DNA from: Octopus sinensis
Lineage: Eukaryota
Assembly: GCF_006345805.1 (NCBI RefSeq)
Contig: NC_043002.1
Coordinates: 39,184,001-39,248,000, forward strand
Length of the DNA: 64,000 nt
Reading direction: 5' to 3'
In this document: positions 54,473-64,000 of the stretch, one piece after another
How the letters are laid out: the number at the start of each line of letters is the position of its first letter
How positions within the stretch are numbered: the stretch's first letter is position 1
The notes under the pieces: model-generated
The model's input: the letters and a program-made list of their open reading frames with translations, nothing else
What the model was told of the DNA's origin: nothing
Databases searched by the model: none
Program-made: the position numbers and the translations under genes

Positions 54473-55024
54473 TAGCTATGGCCGATCTATGGGGGTTAAT
54501 CTGGGTTTCACGTCCATAATGTGCTTAGCCATAGACCCTTCACAACTATCTTTATCTAATAATTCTACTGCTCTGTAACTTCGAGTGTGCTCCTCTTTCG
54601 GATTTATGATTCATTCACAATATACACACACACACATACATACACATACATACATACATACATACATACATACATACATACATACATACATACATACATA
54701 CATACATACATACATACATGTGTACATACATACATTGCTCCACGCAGAAACTGCAAGAGTTTCTCAGAAGTTTTGCAATGCTGGAAACCCTTCTGTATCG
54801 TCAGCAGATATCTCAGGGTCACAAGCGTTTAGACCCTCAACCCATATGTTTCCCGTGAGTGGAGCAGCTAGGAGTGCACTAGTCTTCCCTACGGAAAGGT
54901 TACACTTGCGGTCTCTACTCAACCACAGCCATCTTGCGCTGTGTGTCTATAAATATATACATATCCATACACTTATATGAATGTATGTGATATATGATAT
55001 ATATATATATATATATATACATAT

Positions 55025-55252
55025 TTCTTTTACTTGTTTCAATCATTTGACAATGGCCATGCTGGGCACCGCCCTGAAGAGCTTTAGTCGAACAAATCGA
55101 CCCCAGGGCGGGGCATAAGCACACCAACAAATCGACCCCAGGGGGGGGCATAAGCACACCAACACATAAGTTTTTGGTCAGCCCGAGGCTAAAGTAGAAG
55201 TCACTTCCACGGAGTAGGGCTGAACCCGAAACCATGTGGTTGGGAAGCAAGA
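55025..55252 (-). mobile_element. Internally deleted SINE family B with a 35-bp tandem duplication
   Basis: aacaaatcgaccccaggg.ggggcataagcacacc at 55091-55125 and 55126-55160. Confidence 0.8.
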
Positions 55253-55798
55253 TTTTGTTTTTGTTTTTGTTTGGGTTTTTTTTTGGGGGGGGGGTAGAGC
55301 TCTCTCGGCTTGACGACAGCTGGTGAGTTGTCTTATGTGAGCAGAGATCAAAAGCCGACCAGCAAAGTTTTCCACAGGTTGAACTACGAACCGGTGGGCT
55401 AGTTTATTGGAGACGAACCGACAACAGCCGCACCACGCCTCGCTCGGCTCTTATCGAGCCACTGACGACTTCTTGTCTTCACAGTTTCACAATCTTCGAT
55501 CCAAACTGAGTATAACATACGCGCGCGCGCGTGTGTGTGTAATGAAAAATGGATTGAATGATATTCTTTATTCAAAATCACTACAATTGTTTCTAGAAAT
55601 AACTGTAATGGTTTTAAATAAAGAATGTCGTTCAATCCATCTTTTGTTATTCATCTATTTATATAAACTCTATGGGTACTATGATATGCCAGACGTACAT
55701 TCAATAAAAGTATATTCTAATAGTATGGTGACATACAGTAACCTATAACAGAGGACAAGCTATGTGTCGCATACTATAAGGTTCTCGTCCAAATCCGA

Positions 55799-56359
55799 TT
55801 GGCTGTGTGGTAAGTAGCTTGCTTACAAACTACATGGATCCGGGTTCAGTCCCACTGCGTAGGACCTTGAGCAAGTGTCTTCTACTATAGCCTCGGGCCG
55901 ACCAAAGCCTTGTGAGTGGATTTGGTAGACAGAAACTGAAAGAAGCCTATCGTATATATATAATATATATATATATATAATATATATATAATATATATAT
56001 ATATATACTATATTATATAGATATATATACTATAGTATATTAATATATATATATATGTTGTATGTGTGTTCATGTGTGTGTGTATGGTATGATTTGTATT
56101 ATGTGTGTGTGTGTGTGTGTGTGTATGTGTGGTGTATATGTATGTGTGTATATGTTGTTTGTGTGTCTGTGTTTGTCCCCCCTCCAACATGGCTTGACAA
56201 CCGATGCTGGTGTGTTTACGTCTCCGTAAGTGGTTCGGCAAAAGAGACCGATAGAATAAGTATTAGGCTTACAAACAATAAGTCCTGTGGTCGATATGCT
56301 CAACTAAAGGCGGTGCTCCAGCATGCCCACAGTCAAATGACTGAAACAAGTAAAAGAGT
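55799..56359 (+). mobile_element. SINE family B with expanded internal microsatellite
   Basis: Full-length match to other B copies. Confidence 0.9.
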
Positions 56360-56770
56360 GCATATATATATACATGCACACACACACGTAGATATAATCT
56401 TAAAGTGGAAATGAGGGAAGAGCAGCTTGAAAGGGAGAATAAGGGGAGAGTTCCAGTTAAGAAGATTTAATAAGAGAAAGAGAGAGCATTTCTCCCTCTC
56501 CCCCTCTCTCTCTCTCTCTCCCTCCTTTTTAAATCTCCCTAAGTAAAACTCGAGAGAGGGAGAGAGAGAGCTAGTCGATCACAAAACGATGTATGAAACA
56601 CCTACCTCCATACATATGCATACATATGCATACATACACACATACACACATACACACATACATATATACATAATACATATATATATACATATATACATAT
56701 ATAATATAAATATATTATATATATATATATAAATGCATATATATGCATACATACACACACACATATATAT

Positions 56771-56843
<73 letters not shown>

Positions 56844-57271
56844 TATATATATATATACATATAATATATATATAATTATAAGCATATATAAATACACCAC
56901 ACCACACACACACACACACACACCACACGGACACACACACACACATACACAAAGACACGCAATGCATACGCACACACATTCATGTAGGTGTATGTAGGTG
57001 TATAATTGGCCTATTGCCAATAACTAAAATTACCGAACAAAAGCTTCTAGAAAGGTGTTATGTTACACCATATTATATGTCAGGCGTTGGGCCGGGGCTA
57101 GAACGAAATTTACCTTTCAGATACTGATACAGCCAAAGCATTACTGCCGTGTTATAAATTTCACATTTTACATCTAACACTGCAGTCTCAGCTGCCTAAA
57201 CCTTTGTTTTCAGTATTCACTTGGCACACATTCTCCAACAACATTCACTCGTCGAAAGAAAGGGTTAATGT

Positions 57272-57384
<113 letters not shown>

Positions 57385-57665
57385 TAAACGACTGTGAACG
57401 GTGAATCAATTGGGGATGTTGTCGAGCACACAGCTAAGAGGTTAATTAGTTCGTACCGTAGTACCAAACTGCTTATAGATTAATGTTCAAGACATTTAAA
57501 TTCCCACTGCCCCAATTCTGCTACCTATCAAAACAAAGGTTCGGTTTAACGATGGAACATTGCAAAATTAACAGGTATTTCGCAAACTTTATCATCATCA
57601 TCATAACATTCATCATCATCATCATCCTCTTCATCATCATCACCATTGTCATTATTATCCTTATT

Positions 57666-58394
57666 AAGGCAACAAGCTGGCAAAATGCTTAACGGTATTT
57701 CATGTGCCGTTACGTTCTGAGTTCAAATTCCACCGAGGTCGACTTTGCCTTTCATCCTTTCGGGGGTCGATAAATTAAATACCAGTTACGCACTGGGGAC
57801 GATGTAATCGACTTAATACCTTTGTCTGTCCTTGTTTGTCCCCTCTGTGTTTAGCCCCTTGTGGGTAGTAAAGAAATAGGTATTTCGTCTGTCTTTACGT
57901 TCTGAGTTCAAATTCCGCCGAGGTCGACTTTGCTTTTCATCCTTTCGGGGTCGATAAATTAAGTACCAGTTACGCACTGGGGACGATGTAATCGACTTAA
58001 TACCTTTGTCTGTCCTTGTTTGTCCCCTCTATGTTTAGCCCCTTGTGGGTAATAAAGAAACAGGTATTTCGTCTGCCGTTACGTTCTGAGTTCAAATTCC
58101 GCCGAGGTCGACTTTGCCTTTCATCCTTTCGGGGTCGATAAAATAAGTACCAGTTACGCACTGGGATCGATATAATTGACTTAAGCCGTTTGTCTGTCCT
58201 TGTTTGTCCTCTCTGTATTTAGCCCCTTGTGTTATTTCGTCTGCTGCTACGTTCTGAGTTCAAATTCCGCCGAGGTCGACTTTGCTTTTCATCCTTTCGG
58301 GGTCGATTAAATAAGTACCAGTTACGCACTGGGGTCGATGTAATCGACTATACCCTCTCCCAAATTTTCAGGTTTTGTGCCTACAGTAGAAAGG
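57666..58394 (+). mobile_element. SINE family D tetramer
   Basis: gttcaaattc at 57721, 57906, 58090 and 58258 (185, 184 and 168 bp apart); terminal tail 1. Confidence 0.92.
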
Positions 58395-58604
58395 TCTCTA
58401 TATCTTTATAGGTAATATGTCAATGTCTTTATAGAAGAGACCACACAATATTCAAGTTCTGCCAATTACAAACAGGATAGCTAACACATTCCTGATTTGC
58501 TGTGATGTTTTAATTAAGTAACTAGGTCGATGTTAATTCCTTAGCCTTTTCAGATCGCTTCTGCATAGTGTTACAGTTATTTGATATTGTTACATCGATT
58601 GCTG

Positions 58605-59090
58605 GGCGGAATTCTACTTTAAGCAGCCCATATAACCCCTCATAACTTTTTTTGGTTCTTTAATTTTCAGAAAAATATTTGTAAATTTGTGTTCTACACA
58701 CGTCTATAACAAATCAAATTAAAATTTTTTATTTTAATTTTTCGAAATTAATTTTTTTTTTTTTAAATGGGCAGTCCGAATTTTTGGGCTTAAATCCTAG
58801 CAATAAACTATTAAATCTGTTTATGGGGAGAAAGATATAGAAAAACATCAATAAGTCAGTGACCAACAACGAGGAAGGTATGAGAAGGTCATGAGATGTG
58901 CTAAAAATAACTGATGTGCTAAACATAATCCCTTAAATCACACAATTTTTCTTTTCTGTTTCGGTTTTTGCATAGTCGTATGACTTCCCGTGTATAGAAC
59001 ACAAATTCACAAAACTTTTCTGAAAGTTCCAAACAATAAACAAAGTTATGAGGAGTTAGTTATATGACGCGTGTAAGGAAGAATTCCGCC
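58605..59090. mobile_element. MITE with long (~100-bp) imperfect TIRs, superfamily unassigned
   Basis: Left ggcggaattc..ctcataacttt..ttcagaaaa..ttgt.aatttgtgttcta.acacg is mirrored at 58988-59090. Confidence 0.75.
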
Positions 59091-59099
59091 GATTACTGA

Positions 59100-59366
59100 A
59101 TTATGTAGAACGGCTGTTATTGAGTTCAAGACATATCTGTCTCTCAGTCGAGTATCTTGTATAGATTGCCTCCATCAACATTTTGTTGTTACTTTTTCTT
59201 TTCTTTTTCTTTCATTTTTCTTTTTTCTTTTTTTTTTTTCAAGGAGGCGCACTTAGTATTCTTTTGTCGTGTAACTATAGCGAAAGATGTGAAACGGTTG
59301 TTATTGAGTGCAGGACATATCCATCACTCAGTTGAGTATTCTGTATAGATCGCCTCCATCAACATT

Positions 59367-59406
<40 letters not shown>

Positions 59407-59970
59407 GTTGTTGTTGTTGTTGTTGTTGCTGTTGTTGTTGTTAAGCAACAAGACGGGTAAGGGTTATTAGGTGATGGTCTAGGGCTTAGGTGCGGGAGAC
59501 CCCAGACCTTGGAAAAAAAAAAACTTTGGTCATCTTGTTGTACTCGAGGGCTCTTTGTTGACGCCCGACACCACTGGGAGGTGGCCCTCGAAGTCGCTGG
59601 AAATGGAGATTTCCAGGTCCAAATTTTTGAACGGCTGCTGTTGTTGTCGTTGTTGGTGTTGCTTTTTTTTTCCAAGGAGATAACGTTCTGTGGCGTAACT
59701 GTAGAGAAAAATGTACGAATATACTGTTAAAAAAGCTTGCGGACAGATCTCCGAAGAACACCGTCTCATCTACTTAATGTATCACTCGAAATGGAAGACA
59801 AGGACTGAGAAAGAGGTGCTGCTCATGAGAAGATCTTGATATCAAGAGAATGCAAGTGGCTACGCGGTGCCTACGAGCAAACCGATTATTGAATTCTGAC
59901 TGCAGCTTGTAGTCGGGAGAAGTCAAGGAGTACTCGAATCAAAAGTAATGGGAGTTATGGGTTCCTTCAT
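59100..59970 (-). pseudogene. Possible decayed polyQ-containing ORF with internal repeats
   Basis: ATG at 59970 is in frame with ORF 59530-59769; recurring peptide IF(R/L)YSY.T..Y.LL.KKK..QQQ and an ~82-bp repeat at 59109 and 59293; many stops. Confidence 0.35.
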
Positions 59971-60015
59971 CCTCTCTTTATGGCGTTTTTTCAACTCTTT
60001 GAGAGAGTGGACGCC

Positions 60016-60023
60016 TTTATATA
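60016..60023 (-). promoter_or_regulatory. TATA box candidate (TATATAAA)
   Basis: About 45 bp upstream of ATG 59970; AGTT falls about 30 bp downstream of the TATA. Confidence 0.35.
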
Positions 60024-60059
60024 TTTCCGTTGTGTCTGTGAATGGGACACACGTAAATT

Positions 60060-60905
60060 ATTAATGTTCAGTTAATGCGGATGTTTGATCAAAGGTCTTT
60101 TCATTAATGCAGAAATGTGTTCGAATAATTCAACCATTGGGCGAAGGTCAGTCAATTCGATCAGAGTAGCTGTCTATTCGATTAATGCGAACACTTGGCG
60201 CAAGTGTTTCGATTAAAGCTAACTTTTCGTCATAAATTACATCGATTATTGGGGAGCTTTGATTATATGTGTTTGGCTAATGCAGACCTTTGATCATGAG
60301 TGTTTCATTAATCCTGACATGTGATGGCATAATGCGAACCTTTGACATAATGACATAATGCGAACATTTATTCGATTAATGCAGACATTTTGGACATAAC
60401 CTTCTTTGATTAATGCAGGGCTTTATTCATAGGTCTATTTGATTAATGCGGATATTTGATCCATACAATTGTTTGATTAATTACAGCACTTGATCACAGG
60501 TTTGTTTGATTGATGCAGATCTATGAACATGTGTCTGTTCAATTGTTGCGTTCCTTTGATCACAGTTCTCTTCAATTAATTACACATTTTTAATCTTAAA
60601 TCGGTTTTATTAATGTGGATCATTGATATTAAGTCTGCTCAGTTAATACTCTTCATTTGTAAGTAGGACCCATGTAAAAAAAAAAGAAGCAGTTGCTTAA
60701 TTAATGCCAACGCTTGTTCATATGTCGGTTCGTTTAATGTAAATCTTTGCTAATTGATCTGTTTAGTTTATGCTATCTTTTGGTGATACGTCTGTCCAAC
60801 TTGTGTTAGATATTGATCATAGGTGTCTTCAATTGATATTGACCTTTGACCACATGTCTCTTTAATCGATACTGACCATTCATCATAGGTCTATTGCTAA
60901 TACTG
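60060..60905. repeat. Degenerate ~33-bp minisatellite, ~25 units, consensus about TTGATTAATGCAGACATTTGATCATAGGTCTGT
   Basis: GATTAATGC-like motif at 60374, 60408, 60441, 60475, 60508, 60541, 60574, 60608, 60641, 60699, 60732 and 60765. Confidence 0.85.
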
Positions 60906-61127
60906 TTTATTTTCTTATCGTTAATAGCTGTTATATTATCAATTAGATTACATGTAATAGATTACGCAAATTTTCCAGATTTTACTAACTACAGAGGGAA
61001 AATGCTTCTCCAAAACCCTAAAGAAAATTCCAGGAATACTCGAGGCAAAATTAATTCCGGTGGGTGCAACACAAATGCTTAATGCACACGAATACGCCTA
61101 ATAGCACGAGCCAACAATAAACTTTTA

Positions 61128-61325
61128 GGATAGTCGCTCGACTTGCTAGAAATGGCATCAACTCTCCCTCACATCACACACTCCATTGTCTTAAAACCAG
61201 GAATGACACGCGTGATAATGTTGTTCTAGATAGAAATATTGAATGAAAGACAGGATAATCACGGCTGGAATGAATTTAATTATTGGTTTGATTAGGACTG
61301 ACATGGGCTGAACAGCAACAACAAG
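61128..61325 (+). mobile_element. SINE-like repeat, family E
   Basis: gtcgctcgacttgctagaaatggca..cacggctggaatg..gggctgaacagcaacaac. Confidence 0.65.
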
Positions 61326-62115
61326 AGCAACCTAAATAATAAATCCATATTGTTCTGACATCCTAGAAACAGTAAAGATGAGATGAAATCTGGATTGAAA
61401 CGGGAAGGAATGTCTCTGTCTTGACTTTACTCCCCCAGAAAACGACATACGAAAAACTATCGTCACTTAGCAACCAAAAACAAAATCACTTCAGAACAAC
61501 CAACAAGATTCTATTTTGTCTGTTTTTAATTCCTACTGATAAATTGATTTTTCTTTCTTTATTTCTTTTCTGCTTTATCTATTTATTTATTTATTTATAT
61601 CTATCTTACTTTCTCTCTATTTATCTGTCTCTTTTTCATATTTGTATTTTTTTCTCTTTGTATCAAAGTAACAAAATTAATACCAATATTAAATAGAAAA
61701 ATAAATATCTGCGATAATTTCAAATACACAGTAGAGATAAATACGTAAATAAATGAATAAGTATATAATTGAATAAATAAATAAATAAATAGATAAATAG
61801 ATAAATAAATAAAGACGGTAACGAAATTGCGAGTTACTTTTGCACGATGATGCAGAAGATATACGTTACATTGTACGAGACGTGCAAATCCTAAATAGCT
61901 ACTTCTCTTAAGCTAGTGAGTAACACCACCAGTTATAGATTGCTAGGCAATAAATCTATTTACTTAATTAGTCAATCCTATCTGATATTCGACTCTTTCT
62001 CCGTTAATTTCCTGTTTTCAAGAATTGTCGCCATTTGTAAATACCTACCATCCCGCTTGCTTTCTATCTCCCCTCATTTCTAAGGCTTTCTTTATTATCT
62101 GTTTAACTGAGTACT

Positions 62116-62218
<103 letters not shown>

Positions 62219-62394
62219 AGATAAATAGGCTGAGAGTAAGATAGATATAAACATATAAATAGATAAAGCAAGCGAGAAATAAACCAGTCTCACAGCGACA
62301 TGGTTTCGTATTCGCTCATACTGCGTGTCACAAGCCACTCGTCATCCCGAAGTTGTAGCATAAAAAATACATGGGCGTTCGAGTTGGTCAATAT

Positions 62395-62510
62395 CTTATT
62401 TCTTATTTCTTTATTGCCCACAAGGAGCTAAACATAGAGGGGACAAACAAGGACAGACAAAGGCTACGCATTTCGCCCGGCGTGATAACGTTTCTGCCAG
62501 CTCGCCGCAA
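62395..62510 (-). mobile_element. SINE family D head fused directly to tail 2 (core deleted)
   Basis: Element ends ...ggcaataaagaaataagaaataag. Confidence 0.8.
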
Positions 62511-62699
62511 TATCTTGCGACTGAAATTTGGTGGACGGAAATACTACAGAAGCCATGGGTGTGAGTGTGAGTGTGTGTGTGTATGTGTGTGTGTATATGT
62601 GTGTGTGTGTTTGTGATTATTATTTGCTTTTTATGCTATAATAAAAACAATTTTACATTAAATTGAAGGACTACCCAAGAGTAAAAAAAAGCCATCATC

Positions 62700-62792
62700 G
62701 GATTATGGTACATTTGAGTTCCTCTTGGCTTTGGTTTTAAAAAGTCTCTGTTAAAATTTTCTTGGATGAGCTGAGTTCCGTTGAATAGTAAT

Positions 62793-62852
<60 letters not shown>

Positions 62853-63290
62853 CGTTCCTGTCTGCTCTGAGTTTCGCCTTGGATTGGGCTGTTCATAACT
62901 ATGAGGTGGATGAAAAGATTTGCAATTTATATGAGGGTGAGTTGACCTTAGAATTGTGTGAGTGGACAAGGAAGTAAACGTCCAAAGATGTATGGATTGA
63001 ATTTGAAAGGTATTGTTACGGTGTTTGTTATTATGCATTGGTCGAGATGCTCCTGTTCTCCTCTCATGTTTTGCATTAGCTTGGACTTTTAGAGATTAGT
63101 AAAATTATTTTAGTTAAAACTTTTAAAGGATGGTAAGATTATTAAGAATGGCCCTTGTTGTGGTTCAAAATGTAAGACCTGATTGATAATTTTAAAGGCA
63201 GGTTTAAATTAGAGGAGGATTTTTTGTTCTGGTTCAGTGGACACATTCTTTTATTCATACGTTTAACTTGGGAATCCATGGTCTCTGATG
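62700..63290 (-). other. Possible highly decayed retroelement ORF (Penelope-like?)
   Basis: Only faint motifs (EQEHL; FLVHSHN..LQIF); many stops. Confidence 0.25.
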
Positions 63291-63668
63291 TCGGAAAAAA
63301 TGAATAAAACATTCAACGATGCTGCGAATAGTAACCTGCAATTGATGCGAGATTGAATTTGAATAGCCATCTATGTATCATATTTAATGCATTTACACTG
63401 TTAACATGCCAGTTACTGTAGTAGTTGTCCTGCGATAACGTCTCCGCTAAAATGCCGAAATGCATCCAGCATCCCGCTGGCCACGACTGAAACGGACTTT
63501 CGTCGCTCTCTGATAGGTATGTATTTAACACAAGTCCAAAAGAGACGTTACCATGTTTTATCATAAAAAATAGTGCAGCAATTAGCCTGTCGACAGTGTG
63601 CATATATTATGTATATATTATGCAATTCCAATTAAATGCTGTCTCAGTGGTGAATATTGGTTAGATAT

Positions 63669-63734
<66 letters not shown>

Positions 63735-63744
63735 CGATAGATAG

Positions 63745-63788
<44 letters not shown>

Positions 63789-64000
63789 GATAGATAGATA
63801 GATAATAGATAATAGATAGATATACATGTATGTGTGTGTGTATTATATAAAATAATTACGTAGAAATGCATTTGAATTTCCAAAAGTGAAATAGTAGTCG
63901 TGAATACGAAAATTCCCTCAAAACGTTATATAATCAATACACATATTCCTTCAGACAAGATAGTGAGAGAAAAAAAAACACAATTATTCTCTCAGAATAC

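Noticed and set aside
57666-58394. Repeat-spacer appearance suggestive of CRISPR or a retrozyme
   Set aside because: The spacers are copies of each other, the context is eukaryotic and the unit has no conserved CUGANGA/GAAA hammerhead core.
63410-63523. Candidate exon ending at the donor AG|GTATGT with one open frame (YCSSCPAITSPLKC..DFRRSLI)
   Set aside because: Weak acceptor, no recognisable protein similarity and no partner exon.

Overview
AT-rich eukaryotic DNA saturated with microsatellites and transposable elements. It is most likely intronic or intergenic sequence from an octopus or other coleoid cephalopod; this is inferred from my recollection of the SINE families and from the (CATA)n/(GATA)n/(TA)n density, not proven. 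I found no intact host gene, rRNA, true tRNA or CRISPR array. Almost all ORFs in the supplied track are microsatellite translation artefacts. The recognisable coding relics are all transposon-derived: a 5'-truncated RTE/BovB-type LINE ending in three C2H2 fingers (37.6-39.9 kb), three 3' fragments of an R4/Dong-type RLE retrotransposon, Penelope-like GIY-YIG fragments with hammerhead-like relics, Tc1/mariner/maT relics and two hAT relics. There are also several MITEs and at least five tRNA-headed SINE families, which I label A-E for convenience only. The least explained structure is at 59.1-60.9 kb: a ~33-bp TAAT-rich minisatellite, a TATA box and a decayed, internally repeated polyQ-containing reading frame, all on the minus strand. 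The 184-bp SINE multimers, which look like SINE-into-SINE targeted insertion, are the next most notable. Coordinates were indexed by eye; ends of degenerate elements may be off by tens of bases.
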